A stretch of DNA of 64,000 nt from the human T2T-CHM13v2.0 reference genome, Homo sapiens (GCF_009914755.1 NC_060928.1); one strand, 5' to 3'; positions 1 through 14,796 are shown, numbered from the stretch's first letter. Notes: generated from the letters alone by a model not told the origin. Numbers and translations are program-made.

Positions 1-3000
1 GGGGAAGGTGGTAGAAATGACATTGCAATTCAGCAGCTACTGCTTGATAACATTTTATTAATACCTGTCACTTTGAAATTGATGAGTCTTAAGATGGGAT
101 CCTTGCCTTTAAGGATCCTAGGACCTATAGGAAGATGGTCCTGGGTAGGCGCCAATGTTACAGGATTTGTAATAAGATTTAAGTTAACAATTCCAGTCCT
201 ATTCATTACCATTGGTTTGGAGGACATAGGCATCACTTCTTGAATGGCCAATTGAAAGGAAGATAGGGGCCTGAATTAAATCTTAAAAGAGTGGGGTGGA
301 ATTTGGTCAAGATGTGAAGAGGAAAAGCAAAGGTTAGAGTTAGCCGGAAGGCTCTGCTCCCGCCGACAGAACGTCTGTAGAGAGTAGCGGAAGATGAGAT
401 GGGATAATTTTTAGGGCACCTGGATTTTTATTCTTCAATAATTGAAGTCTTTCCTGCAGTGCTATATGTGATGAGATTTTTGTAAATGTAATCTGGCTAA
501 GTAGTTGCCTATTCAGAGAAATAACTTTTAAAAATGGAAAAGTATGGATATCACTTTTGCATGTATTACCTGTGTTGTATGTTCGATGCACATCCAGTAT
601 GGATATGTATTTTGAGTTGTTTTTAAGTCCAAGGCTAATTCTGCTCCCTTCTCCCTACCGACCTTCCCCACTCCTAGCCAAGATTAGAGATTTTGTGGGC
701 TCAACTTCTGATTGTGGCAGTAGATGACCTTTCATTTGCTTATTAACATATTTTAAATATTTAGCAAAATAATACACCTTGTTTATGTCAGTTTATTCAT
801 TGAAGCAAAGATAGCAACAAACAAGCCTGCAAACCTTGATAAGGAGCCTGTGTGGTTTGGAACATCTTGAGATTCTTCCCTGGATCCCCCCGAGTCCTGT
901 TTTAGAAACCTATTAGGGGCACACTGGTGGCTGCCCTCCCCAACCCAGGGAGTCTTCGGAGGGAGGAGGAGGTGGCTGTTTGTGGTGGGCAGAACTCTGT
1001 CACTTAAGGAAGAGGCGTGTCTGATAGCACTTGCCAGTAGTGAATGCCTCATTCTTGACCAAGTAGAAAAAAGATAAGAGGGAAAATGAAAAAGGTGAAA
1101 CGGTTCTCCTTTACCTTGTATTTTAAATTGCTTAGTGAGGCAAAATATCCACCTTCATTTGGGTTTACCCCAGGTAACTCATTTCACAGGGTGTTAGAAC
1201 ATTTCAGAGGGTGTTAGAAAATTCCAAACAATGGCCGGGACTCCCAGTAATTTAAATATAATGGCCTATGCGGGTTCTTAAGCAGAGGAATTAGTTAACA
1301 GAGTTAGAACAAAGGAGAGCATTATCACAAAGAGCTCTGGAAGTTAATGTGTCTCTTTTTATTGGAAAAGAAGTATTTCTAGAACAGGATTCAATTGGCT
1401 TCTGGGGAAAATATTTACTGGAGATTTTAGAAGTGTGAAAGGTGGCAGGAGACGTTGGCTGTCTGTTATTCTACTTGGCTAGTGCACACTTAAAAATAAA
1501 ACAAGACTATGTTAAAAAGATCTTGAGAATTCTACTTGGAAAGACTGAAGTAAAGATAGTACAGGTACTTTTCAAAGGATATAAATTTTGGCTTATAAAG
1601 TATTTTAAATGCAATTCCATCCCAACTTTCACAATGCAGACTTCCTTTTTAGTGGCTGATGTTGAAAGAAGGTACCTTAGAAAGATTTTCCATTTAAGAA
1701 ATGGTTGATATTGATATTTATTTGGCTGATAAAACACCACAAGGACTGGTTTTTAGAATTTTTTGTCATTGTTAAATCAAGCCAGGATTCTTAACCTAAA
1801 ATATGTTAGGATAGCTAATGAAAATACTTAATTGGAATGTTTAAATGTTTCTCTACTTATTTTAGTATAGTCTGTATATGTGCAGCTGGGAAATAGTATA
1901 TACATTTTTAGCCGCACCAAAAAGCATCACTTTGATAAAAGAGGACCCCCCCCCCTTGCTTTTTTAAAATAAACCAGCATATGTAGAAGGGTTTGTGAGT
2001 TTTTTTAGTAGATCTGAATGTGTTGCCCAATTTACATTCCAGCATTTTCAAGGGATATTATTTAACATGATCATCTTGGTTTCAGAACCACTGCCTTTCA
2101 AAGAGTCTGGCCCAGAGCATTGTGTGTGCCTGCGAGTGAGGTGGGTCCCCCACGGGGTCTAGTGGCTTTGCGCCATACTGGCCACTGGGAACACCAGCTC
2201 TGGCGGTACAGCAGGGGTACTTAACATTACAGCTTTATTCTTCATTCTTTTGATCCCTTCTGTATCTTTAATCTGCCCTTATACCAGAAATCCATAGATT
2301 TATTCACAAATAATTATTGAAGCATCGGAGGTGTAGTAGTGAACATACCAGGCAAAAGTCTTTGTCCTCTCTTGGGGCTTATGTTTTAGTGAATTATTTT
2401 TCTCTCCAGGAGAGAGAAAAGTCCAGGAGTCCAGAAAGGAAAAAAAAAAAAAGAAAGATGTAATTTGAGGGGCTATCATAGAAAGCAGTTTAATTTAGAC
2501 TTATTTCAGTTCCATATTGTGGTTAGTTAAGGAAGAAAGAGAAAAGAAAGGTGATGCAGAGGGTCAGAGGGTACCAGTTCAAAAAAGAGGAAAGCCAAAG
2601 AAAGCAACTAGAACAATAGGAAAAGGAGATTCAGGGGCTGGGGGAGATGGGCAGGAGTGGAGTCAGGGAAGCTTTGTGAGGTGCTTTTCACTACCTGCCA
2701 CCAGTGCTGCCCTCCAGAGGGCTGAGCACCAGCTCCATCCCACCATGTCCCTGCCCCAGTTTCTGTAACTTCAGAGCAGCAGGCCTCTTGATTCAACAGG
2801 TGTTTTTGATGGAGGATTTACCCAAGAGGATTGACTAGTGATAGGTGTCTTCACTTTCAGGACCTTTGGAGCCTTTAATGTGCTTTAGTCTGCAGGTTTG
2901 GAACTGTTTGTTCTGGAATGTGCCGGAATGCTCTTTCACAGCTGAGAGAGATGTTTCAGGGTCCAGGCTAGATGCTCTTTGGTATCTCTCCAAGGACTGG

Positions 3001-3248
3001 AGATTCTGCCCCTCTTTTTAAAATTCATTCATGTTTTTCTTAAAATATGACCGAACTCCTAACTCTTGCTAACCTTACACCTGGGATTCTTAGGCCCTCA
3101 GCTGAAGAACTTGATGAATTTCAACTTTAAAGAGGTTCTTCTAACACTTGGCCATTTCAACCAGGCTTTGCTATAAAGTCCTGTGAAATTGGGGGACTGA
3201 AAGCTAATTACTTGGATCACAAGTTGCCTGTGAAAACTGCAAGGACCT

Positions 3249-3678
3249 GCTGTCAGGGCTCATTAAACCCCAAAGTATGGCACCTTGGCATGCAGACTAC
3301 TCTGACCAAGAGGAGACTGGAAGGCCTCAGAAGCCAGGTCTCTGTTCTTTCCTCCTGGTTCCTGCTCCCTTTTCTCCCGCAAAGTGAGTCACAGAAACCA
3401 GAATTCTTTTTCCCCAAGGCAGGTCATAGAAACTAGAACTCCTCTCTCCCAAAGCCAGTCATAAAACCTAGCAAGTTCACTCTCCCTTCTTCCTGGAAGA
3501 CCCTCATTCCCGAGGGGTCCTGCCCCATCCCCAGGGGAAGGGGAATTGTACAGAGCGGGCTTGCTGGGTTTCACCACTCCGTCCATCACTGTTAGGCCAG
3601 ATCCTTTGTGTCCAATCACTTTTCTGCATGGCTGTTCATTCATCAAACCTAAATATAAAAATAAAGGTTTTCCCTGGG
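3249..3678 (+). mobile_element. ERV1-class solo LTR fragment, MER31-like
   Basis: Motifs ccccaaagtatggcaccttggcatgc, ggaaggcctcagaagc and repeated cacagaaaccagaa/catagaaactagaa resemble the MER31 LTR as I recall it. Confidence 0.6.
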
Positions 3679-4499
3679 GAAAAAAATATGACAGACTTCA
3701 GTTTTAATAATAACTGTTGTAATAACTGTCGGTCTGTTTGACACGGTACCATTTAGCCACCATCAGCCCTACTGCATGTCAAGTTTCAATGCTCCTGTTA
3801 CTGTAGCTGGCCTGGGTGAGGTGCCAGCAGAGAGGTGACAGGGTGACTTCATCCGGCTTTTTGCGTTTTCACTTTAGAGTGGCCTTTCACAGTTCCATGA
3901 AATGATAAGCTCTCCAGTTTCAAATGAAGGACGCCTCAAATTGAGAACTGACACCATTGCATTCCTCAGGATGGGAAAGTTCCTTCTCCATCAATTCTTG
4001 GGCACTGGAGTAGGACTCTTGCTGCAGATGGTATTGTTCTGGTTCTCGAGAAGGAATCCAAGATAAAGGCTGTCTGGGGATAAAAGTGGTACCCTCTTGG
4101 AATATGGGCAGGAAGGCATCCCTAGTGACCATAGCCTTGGTTGAAGGTATTAAGGAGGAATCTTGAGGTGCTTGTCTGGGTGTCAGTTGACAATTTCAAT
4201 GAAATTAGCAGCCTTAGGTCTATAGGTGGCTGCTTAACTAATTATGAACTCAGCTGCTTAAATATATTTGCTCCAGGTTTCACAATTCCTTTTATTTACA
4301 GTAATTATCACTGGTTAGCACCTATTGTTTTGGGTGAGAATTTCAGGGTCTACATTTAAGTAAACCCTATTTAAATTTATTAGTTGACTAGGGAAGGGTT
4401 AAAAAAGCAGTAAGGAGTCTATGCCTTCTAGAGTATTCCCTGGCTTGTTTGAAAATGTGTTAGCAGCCATTTTTCAATATGAAAGAACTGAACTTTAAA

Positions 4500-7285
4500 A
4501 AAAAGTATATTTTTATTTATGGCAACATTTCAAATAGGATAGTGTAATGAACCCTCATATAACCATCTAGCTTCAACACTTACCAATACGGCCTCTACCC
4601 ACTTTATCTTCCCATTATTGGGAAGCATGTCTCAAGCATCATAGAATTTCATCTATAAATATTTTCAGTATGTAGTCCTAAACTACAAAGACCTTCTTTT
4701 CTGAACATAATGATGATGCCAATGTCAAACCCTTCCAAATAAATATAATTACATAATGTCATTGAATAGTATTCACATTTTCCTATTGAAGATACATAAA
4801 AATATAAACAAATGTATGCACATTTAAAAGAAAGCAAACAAGATCTACACATTGTAATTGGTTGATATGTCCTTTAAGTCATTTCTTCTCTGTAGGTGTT
4901 AGCCCCGTTTTGGTTAAGGAAACTGCAGTTGTCCTGTGCAGCTTTTCATTCTGATTGCATTCCTTGGTCTTCACCTGTACCATTTTGAATATTTCCTGTA
5001 AATTGGTGACTTAGACGTTTGATCATACTCAGTTTGATTTTTTTTTTTTAATGAGGGTACTGTGTAAGTGGTGTGTTCTCTTGTTCTGCTTTCTCTTTTT
5101 GGTGTACCTTTGGGTATTTGTGAAGATTCATATTTTTTGCTAGATTTGTATTTTTGGTTTTAATGGTTGCCTTCAGACTGATACCTTTCTATAATACCCT
5201 TGTCTGCTGTTTTTGTGGGGGCTATTTTCCATTGTTGCTACCATAATATTTAAATTAGCCAGCGTTTGTTCTTTGCTCTCTCTTTACTCTCCTGAGCTGG
5301 GGATTGGAAGTAATATTCTTTTACTTCCAGTTAATATCTAAAAGGCAATCAGCAAGCATATTCTACTTTTCGGAACTTCACCTATTCCCCATTTTTCTGA
5401 TGGCTATACTCATTTTTCAGAGCATACAGCAATTATATACTCTGCTGCCTCCCTTGTTACCATCATTTAGTCTTAGCTGTACAGGTAAATATCTGTTTAA
5501 TGCTGGCGGCCAGTCTTTATATCATGGCTTTCCTGGCATTTTGGTTTTCTGAAACGCACCCTCTAATAGATGCCTTATGGGAAGTAGTTCCTGAATTATA
5601 TGTCCACAACGGCGAGTGTGTAGTCTGTATATTTAAAGGTCAGGTTGGCTAGTATAAAATTGCTGGCCCATCTTATCTTTGCTTGGATACCTTTATTATT
5701 TTACTGTATTGCATTTTGCCATAAAGTGGCGTCAAAATCTGATGATAATCTTATTTTCTATCCCTCAAATTTAACTTGGTATGTTTGCCTAGATACCCAA
5801 AGGAATGTTTTTCCACCTTTGTTCTTTAAAGTCCACTAGTTAGTTTTATAGTATTGGCTGCTGTAGGTTGATTATTTTTTTTCCATAGACACAATGTGCT
5901 CGCTGCTTTAATGTGTAATTTTAAGAGTTCTTTTTTATTTCCTCTCCAATAAAGATTTCATTTACCATTTGTTCTGATCTTTGTTGGCTTTAGGAACTCC
6001 CATTATTCATGTTAGACCTTCTTAGCCTGTATTCTGTATCTGCCACTTTCTCTCAAATCCTTTTAACCGCGTCATAATTCATTTGAATTGAAAAATTTTC
6101 CTCCTTTCCGTCTTCTGGTTCATTTAAGACACTGTTCATTTTTATTTGCTCTCGTGTTGTCTTTACCTGTCATTTCTGAAATGATTATTTTCTTTATTTT
6201 TAATTCTTAGTTCTTTTGCCTCCATTTTTAAATCTTCATTTTCTTCAATCAACTCATTTCTGAGTTTTAAAAATTCTGATTTATGCTGTTCTTCATAGCT
6301 TCTTTCATTTAGTTAATTTCTCTTGGCTCCTTCTGAAATATTAGGTCATAGCTTTCCTTTGTGCCCTTCTGGCGTGATTTTATTGTTTACACGATGGATG
6401 TCATTCTGCTCCTTAGTTTTTCTTTAAAAATAACTATGTGGAATTCAACTGGATTCTTTTCTGTTGTTAACCGAGTTTTCCTATACTTTTAGGAGGGCCA
6501 GTGTAGATTTCCTAGCATCAGAGATTTAGGAGACTCTGTTAGTTGTTTTCATTTTATTTTATTTTATTTTTGAGACAGAGTCTTGCTCTGCCTCCCTAGT
6601 TCAAGTGATTCTCGTGCCTCAGCCTCCCGAGTAGCTGGGATTATAGGCATGTGCCACCACGCCCAGCTAATTTTTTGTATTTTTAGTAGAGACAGGGTTT
6701 CACCATGTTGGCCAGTCTGGTCTTGAACTCCTGAGCTCAGGCAATTCAGCCGCCTTGGCCTCCCAAAGTGCCAGGATTACAGGCATGAGCCACCGTGCCC
6801 GGCCTCATAGTTGTTTTCATAAAGTGGTAATAAAAATATGAACTCTACTTTCCTATATCCTAAGACTTTTTTTTTGTCCCTACCCACACTGCTTACCTGC
6901 CCAGACTTTCCCTTACCTTTGCCCCTATTTCCTCATCTTAGATCTCATCCCCAGCAGCTTCTCCCCAGTGTGGGGCTTTGCCTTGGCTTGCTAATTCATA
7001 GGAGTCAGACCCCTCCCACTCCAGAACATTCTGGCACATTGGACATACAGGTGGCACAGCCCTCTCCGCACTCACTAATTAAACTGGAACTTTTTTCTCT
7101 GTCTACTCTCAGGATGACCCTCTGAGCTTTCCAGTGAGTGCCTGATAGTGGTTCCTGTAGCTGATGGTAGTTTGTCATCTAGAGTTGTTGTGGATGTTGT
7201 CCATGGTTTTTGAGTCTGCTCTCTGTCAGTTTTTATGGTTGGGGAGAGTCAATAATTATGCTGCCACCACCATCTTCCCAGAATC
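4500..7285 (-). mobile_element. Old degraded L1M/HAL1-like fragments (antisense), interrupted by an Alu
   Basis: Long T-rich antisense tract with L1M-like words (tctgatgataatcttattttc; ccatcttcccagaa at the end); boundaries approximate. Confidence 0.45.
6553..6804 (-). mobile_element. AluS with an internal deletion of about 50 nt
   Basis: Antisense Alu; TSD tagttgttttcat at 6540-6552 and 6808-6820. Confidence 0.93.
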
Positions 7286-8894
7286 TATATTGACATTTTA
7301 ACACAAAATTTGGCAACCTTTGGGTCAATGAAATCTGGATAAAGTCCTGTCTTGAAATCTCAACTCAGGGGTAGCTGCTTTTCAAAATGATTTGCTTCCA
7401 AAATAAGTTATTAAAAATTTGTAACTATCTGAAAACTGATTACTATGGAAATGAACACTGTATGGCCTACCTAACATTAGCTTTCTAAGCTTATTGTTTA
7501 TGAGAAAATATAGTGGCTGAAATCATCCGAGTGCCAGGAAACTCACTGCTGAGCTATTATTTCTGAGAAAAATTTATAAGAACTGACATGCTTTTGTCAT
7601 TATTTGTTTGGTGTGAGATTCCTTGAGTTCTGAAGGAGAGAGTGCTATTTTACAGTTTTAAAAGTATTAAATCACATTTATACTTAATATCATCTAATAA
7701 AGATAACAGCATTTCTTAATTAGGTGTATTTTTCTCTGATTTTTTCCCCCACTGAAAAATTTGCATATCTCTAATTATAATCATTTCTGGAAAAAATGCT
7801 GCTAGGGATTGACATGATATTAATTTAGATTTCCAGAAATACTAAATTTCCTTCCTCCAACCTGAGTTTTCCTCCAATTGGCCATTGATTTAAATTACCT
7901 ACTAAAAGGTTACAATTTTAGAATTGACCTCTTACCCCTCTGCTTTTGGGAATGGCCATTATCCTAAAGCCATATAAAGAATAAGGACAGATTTCTCAAT
8001 AGACATACTGGAAACTTTTGTTATTTAAATTCTGGAAGATAGAGTAAGATTGTTTTTAGACATTTCCTCTTGTTTTCCACAAAAAGATTGAGAAGAAGTA
8101 ATTTCAAACACAGGGCTGGTCGTTAAGAATTCTTTGCAAAGGGAAACAGGCTTAATGTATTGCTCTAAGTGAATGTCACCCAAGAAAAATTAAGGGAAAA
8201 GTGAATACTCATTAAGCAAATTGACCAGCAAGCGTTCTGATGAATGTTGAAACAAATTTGAATAAACCAATTTTGTCCATTAGTGTGCTTTTAAACCAAT
8301 GTGATTGTTTTGGCCTAATTATTTTCTGTTTTGCTTATTCAAATGTAGAATGGCTGCAGAATTAACTATTGCAGCAATTATCTGATTAGCAATTTAGAAA
8401 ATTGGTGAATGGTATCTGACTACTCACCAAGAAATATCTGGTATTTCACAGGGCTGTGTGGAAGAACACAGACTGTCCAAGGAGGATATTTGCTGTTTTT
8501 CACTCACTACAAATGGCAGCTCAGAGGATCTCACTGGATTAGTATGGGCTGTGGATGTGGGCTCCGGGCTCTCAGATGTAGTGCACCAGATTGAGGTCTG
8601 ATGTGCTGCAGAAGTTGTATTTGCCACCCGGTGTCACTATTCTGGAGTCCCGTAGCTGTGACTGGAGAATTCTGCAACATTTCCCACTTCTAAAGCTTGG
8701 GGATTCGAGAAATCTGTGCCCGACTGGCTGCCAAAGCTTGTCAGGGGGACCCAGTGCTAGGCCGATTTCTAGGTGTAAAAGCCAGGCAGATTTGCTCACT
8801 CAAGAAAATCTGTTTTTGCAGGTTTGCTTTGAGTTCCAAGATACAGATCCTGGTAAAATTGTTTGCTGCGCTAATGCCCTGAGTTTCTTCTGGT

Positions 8895-9078
8895 AGCTGG
8901 GTTCCCGAGTGTGGTCTGGACCAGCAGCATCAGGATCACCTGGGACTTGTTAGAAATGCAAACTCTCCGCCCCCACCCAAGAACCTGCTGAGTTGGAAAC
9001 TGAGAGCAGGGCCCAGCCATCTGTTTTAACAAGCTCTCCAGGTGATTCTGCTGCAGGCGAAAGTTTGAGAACCACTGG
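8895..9078. mobile_element. MER5A (hAT-Charlie MITE)
   Basis: ccagcagcatcaggatcacctgggacttgttagaaatgcaaa...tttaacaagctctccaggtgattct...aagtttgagaaccactgg. Confidence 0.85.
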
Positions 9079-9389
9079 CCTTGAGTGTAAAAATTACTGG
9101 GCTTTGTCACAGCTGTCAGGCTGTGCTAGTTAAAAAGTTAAAGCCCTCGTGGATTCTTCAATTCTCTTAATGTCAGAACGTCAGACCAGGGTGCAATTCT
9201 CAGTTCTCCTTGTGTCAGACTAAGAAAGATAGATATGAGTTTCGGTTAGTCCAGACAGGAAAACAGACAACTGGAGTACCATGGGACAGTGCTGCAGTAG
9301 AGGCTTCGAGAAACCTGCATGGGTGGAGGGAGCAGGGGAAGAGTGGTATTTTCAGAGGACAAATACGATTGTGTCCTACCTACCCTGAT

Positions 9390-9885
9390 TAAAACCTTTC
9401 AGAGACTGCCCAGTGCTCTTGGAATAAAGTCTGTCTCCATAGATCCCTTTCAAGCCTCCAGTATCTCGTTTTGATCTCCATTTTGCACACAGCACTTGCC
9501 TCATTGTTGGCTGTGGAGTGCACGCTGCACCCCCAAAGGTGTCCAGCTCCTATCCACCCATCTGTGGCCTCTGCAGGAGCTGCCCTTCTGTCCACTGCCA
9601 GGGGCCTCATGCTTCTCCCTGGCCTCCTAGTGCATTTCACAGCCCAGCTCCCACCCGTCCTTTGCAATCTTCTCTGACCTCCCAGGGTAGGTCAGATCAG
9701 CCCTCATTGTACAGCGTGCTTGTTCGAACTTATCACATTGTAATTACCTAATTGTATAATTATTGGTTTATTGCTGATGTGGAGTTAAATATAAACTCTA
9801 TGGGTGAGGGGTGGGGAATTCTTGCCCTCTTGACTGTCCCAAGGGCCCAGCACACAGCAAGCTTTATTATTGGATGAATGAATGG
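9390..9885. mobile_element. L2 3' fragment
   Basis: Ends in gcccagcacacag...tggatgaatgaatg, the typical L2 tail. Confidence 0.55.
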
Positions 9886-10991
9886 TGGAGCAGTCCTCAT
9901 CTTTGTTGTTAGGACACATGGGCTGGTTAATATATTACATTTTGATTGAGGTGTCACCTGAGCTTTAGACCCCTCCATCCCTCCTGCCCCCATCCCCACT
10001 CTCATCCCCACCCTCGTCCCAGGAGCATTTGCCACCACCATCTCATTCTACTATGGGAAAGGCAGGTCCCTGGCACTGTGGCAGCGAAATTTCATAACTT
10101 GGTTCTAACTTGGGGTCTGCCCTGTGGGACACTAGAGAGAAGTTCTTGAGTATCAGTATTTCAGGGATATGGGGAAGGAAGAACTCCTTTGCTTTTGCAG
10201 ACATTCATAATACATGGGTCAGAAGCCAGCAGCCTGGAGTAAAGGTGGCCCCGGAAGGTTTTCAGGGAAAATGACTCTTGCCTCCTCTTTCCTCGGGGCT
10301 TCCAAGAAACACTGCCTCCTTCTGTCACAGAAGTTGATGGCAGGCTGGGGGTTGTGGGTTGTGTTTCTTCCCACCCACTTCCAAATCTATTTGTTAGAAG
10401 ATATGCACTCCTTTGCCTTTTAGTCAATTTACTTTGGCCTGGTTGAAGCCAGTGTTTTTTATTCCTATTCTAGAAGGTAAAGGCATGGAAGTTGCCCTGC
10501 AGAAGCAACAGCTGTGCAACATTGGGACATTTGTCTAAAATAAGAAACTCAGCCTTGCTGATTTAATAGAAAGCTTGACAATAGCTTATAAAAATACATA
10601 TATTGAGAATGAGGGCTCATGTTTTGTGAAAGATTGGGGTTTCAAGACCTAGAGGGTAAAGAGGCTGACGTGCTTAATGGGAATGTTGCTTTTGATAGAG
10701 GAACTGGTAATCTGTTCACTATTTTATTTGCACGTTGATTGATGTGTGGTTTTTGTTTTTTACATTTGAGGCTCAACATATTCTCTTATACCTATCGTAA
10801 ACGTCTGCTAGATTAAGTGAATGTAATAAAACACAGTAAATTTGGGAAAAATTATAAACACAATTCCTCACTCACTGTCAGAATACCATAGCTACCATCT
10901 GCCAGGAGTGTTGATAGCAGGAAGAACTATAATTTTGTGCTTTGATAACCTATGTTGTCTGTTTCCTTCATCTTCATCAGCTGCCATTTTT

Positions 10992-11095
10992 CTTCATAGC
11001 TTCATAGCTTCATAGCTTCAATGCATTCCATGGCTGGCTCGCTCCTTCCTTCCTTCCTTCCTTCCTTCCTTCCCTCCCTCCCTCCCTCCCTCCCC
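10992..11095. repeat. (CTTCATAG)3 followed by a (CCTT)n(CCCT)n polypyrimidine microsatellite
   Basis: Read directly: 8-mer repeat at about 10992-11020 and tetranucleotide run at about 11043-11095. Confidence 0.9.
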
Positions 11096-12479
11096 CAATC
11101 CCTGTGAGGCTGTCTCCCTGCTCCTTACCCCCTTCTCTTCTCTTCTTGCTGTCAAGTGCAGTAATTATAGTAGTAGTAACAACAGGACCATTTTATTTGA
11201 GTATAAAGCATTTAAAGGATTTGAAGATGGAGATTCTGACCTATTTTACCCCTATAGATGTCAAAACTGAAGTTTGTAGAGGTCAAATGAGTTTTCCCAA
11301 AGTCTCACATTGCAATCCATGCATGTCTGACTCCAAAACCCACACCTGTTTTCATAATATTCCTCTTGTTTTCATCTGCTCACCCAAGCTCAGAGAAGCA
11401 CCTTAATTTCCAGTGTCTGATCCTCCTTCTAAACTTTCCAATATTGCTGAGTAAAGTTACAAAGCTGGACCCACTTTTTGTTTTAAAGCTCCTTTTTTGG
11501 AAATAATTTCAAACTTAAAGGAAAATTGCAAGATTAGTACAGAGAACTCCAGTACACCAGTTGTTAACATTTTGCCACATGTATTTTGTTTTATATACAT
11601 ATTTTTTTCTGAACCATTTGAGAGTAAGTTGCTAACATGACCCCCTCCCCCACCTTTGCTGTGCCCCCTTGAAGACTCACTGAAGGAGACAGCCTTGTAT
11701 TATTCTATGAGAAACACTGAGGCCACCCAGGGTGAGTTCCTCTGCCTCCACCCAAGTGCAGCCTTTACCTTGTCCCTCTAGAGCTGAGGGCCCTGCTCCA
11801 AGGAGTGACACTGTGAGCTGCTCACTTGTGAGCCCTTTAAATTAAACTCATATTCTGAAACACATGCACTGCCTTCCTGGAAATTGGCTCTCTCTAGCAC
11901 TTAAAAAACAGATCCTCCTCTGTGGCAGGGTAACACAAAGGCAAGTGAAAAGGGGCTCCCTGAATGTTTCTACCAACTCCAGAGAGGGGAGAAAGGAGAT
12001 TTGCCTCTGCTTGTTATCCGGAGCTGTAGGTGAACTGTTCTGCTGCTGGTAATTGAAGTCTATCTGCAGAACAGTTATCAAGGGCAGTAACCTTTTTTCT
12101 AGCAATGGCCTCAGATAAAACTTGTTTTTCTTATTAATAATTTGTTTTTACTTCCTTTGGTATAAACCATCCCTATGGCTATAAAGTGACATTTTTGAAA
12201 GTGGAAATAGAAGGAAAAATGTCCTGTCTGTTCAGTGTGGGATGGAGGGGAAGGTGCAATTTTCCCTATTTGACAGGCCCATTAAAGCAGGATTTCAGAG
12301 TATGTTCACTAGCAAAATGTACTGATTTACCCATTATAATGAAAATTAGCTTAAGTATCTGAGTCAAGTATAATTTATAGCATTTTTAAGAGCTAGAAAA
12401 TCAGGCCTTTATAAAATGTAGATCATAATTGAAGACAGGTTTTAAAAATGCCTTAGGGAAATAATATTAATAAAATGTC

Positions 12480-12895
12480 AAGACGAATGGATAAACAAAA
12501 ATATAGCATATACACAGTGGACTATTATTCAGCCTTAAAAGGGAAGTCAACTTTTACAAATGATACAACATAGATGAACCTTGCAGACCTTATATTGAGT
12601 TAAACAAGCAAGAGACAAAAGGACAAATAGTGTGTGATTCCACTTATATGAGGTACCTAGAATAATGAAATTCATCCAGACAGAAAGTAGAATCATGTTG
12701 ATCAGGGGTTGGAGGGAGCAGAGAATGGTGAGTCATTATGCAATATTTCTGTTTGGGATGATGAAAAAGTTCTGGAAATGGATAATGGTGATGGCCGTAC
12801 AACAATGTGAATGTACTTAATGCCACTGAACTGTATACTTGCAAGGTTAAAATGGTAAATCTTATGTCATGTATATTTTACCATAGTAAAACATT
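12480..12895 (+). mobile_element. L1MB-like 3' end
   Basis: gaatggataaacaaa...tattattcagccttaaaa...aaagttctggaaatggataatggtgatgg...aatgtacttaatgccactgaactgta. Confidence 0.85.
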
Positions 12896-13049
12896 TCTTA
12901 AATGCCCCAGTTGCCAGATATATGTGTATATATACACATGCACACAGATAGGCATATGTGTATGTATAAATGTTAATCAGCCTCTCACTTATCTGTGTTT
13001 CATTTGATATCATTCAAATTAGATGCCATAAGTTAGAACTAGAGTTTAG

Positions 13050-13397
<348 letters not shown>

Positions 13398-14463
13398 TTA
13401 TTTGTCTTCCTCAAAACTCCATTTCCCCTCCTGAGCCTGCAGGGAATTGACATTTTGCAGAAGCTTGAGTTTCCTGATAGGAGGAAATTTGGTGATTAGT
13501 GAATATTGGAGCGCCTAGCTCACACTCGCCCACACCCGCACCTGTCCAGGACAGTGCTAACATGAAGGCAGTTTGCACTTGTCAGGTCCTCCTGCAGGAT
13601 CTTGTTGCAAGAATCTGGTGATGCCCATCTGTTTGTGGAGTGTGCAGCCAGGAGGATCTGCTCGGAGGTGAGACTGCACCAGGGCTCCCTTTTGTATGTC
13701 CTAGGTCTTGGGGGGGTGAAGTCTTTGACTAGTGTGGCTGACCTTTGCCATGCTCTTTTGACCTGTTTCTTTTTACTTTGTTCTGAATTGTTCTTTAAGT
13801 GAAGGAAGAAAATGTTCAAAGAAGGGACGAGCTCGCTACCCCGACCCCAAACTTCACAGATGGTGAGGGCCTTGTTCTGGTGTTTATTGGATTCCAATCC
13901 TTAGTGCTTTTCTGGTTCACGTTTCAATATGTGCTTTCCAGAAATCAAAACACAGAAATCTACATATTTACGGCAGCGGGGATGGGGTGGGGGGTGCGGG
14001 GAAACGGGGGACTGTGCTGGGCTGTTGGGAAGAACCCACTGGAAATGAGAAAGTTCCTCCTTTCTGCTCAGGAATGGATCCCAGTATATTTTGCTTGTCA
14101 CATCCAGACCTTATCCAACTCCCCAAAGACTGACTTCATAATGGCAGAGAAAGGTTTCCTCTTAGTCTGTCTCTGAGATCAAAAGGGGAGGTCTTTCCTC
14201 AAGCATTAGGTTGTATTTTTGTTAGGATGAGTGAGTGAGAAGAGAATATATTAAGTAGTCCTATGAAGGTCTTTGCTGCTGGTAAGGTGTGTGTATCTAG
14301 GAGAAGTCTGACCACATAATTAGCTGAGAAAGGTCCGTCTTTGAGTGTCGAATGATACTTGCATCTTCATAGTTAATTATAAGATGTCAGAGCCGTAAGT
14401 CAAATTTCATGTTTAGGTCCTTATTCTAATTCTGTGTCCAAAGAGTAGTATAAAAACAAAGTA

Positions 14464-14688
14464 GGCCTGGCATGGTGGCTCACACCTGTAATCCTAGCAC
14501 TTTGAGAGGCCAAGTCGGGTGGATCACCTGAGGCCAGGAGTTCGAGATCAGCCTGGCCAACGTGGCGAAAACCTGACTCTACTAAAAATACAAAAATTAG
14601 CTGGGCATGGTGGCGGAGGTTGCAGTGAGCCGAGATCGTGCCACTTCATTCCAGCCTGGGAAAGCGAGACTCCATCTCAAAAACAAAC
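14464..14688 (+). mobile_element. AluS with a right-arm deletion of about 63 nt
   Basis: Sense Alu; TSD aaaaacaaagta at 14452-14463 and 14689-14700. Confidence 0.93.
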
Positions 14689-14796
14689 AAAAACAAAGTA
14701 GATGTTTAGTTATATATTTATATTATAAGAGAATCACTGCTATTCATTCTTGCCACAAACATTTGAGTGCTTTCTATGTACAAGAACTGAATTTTC

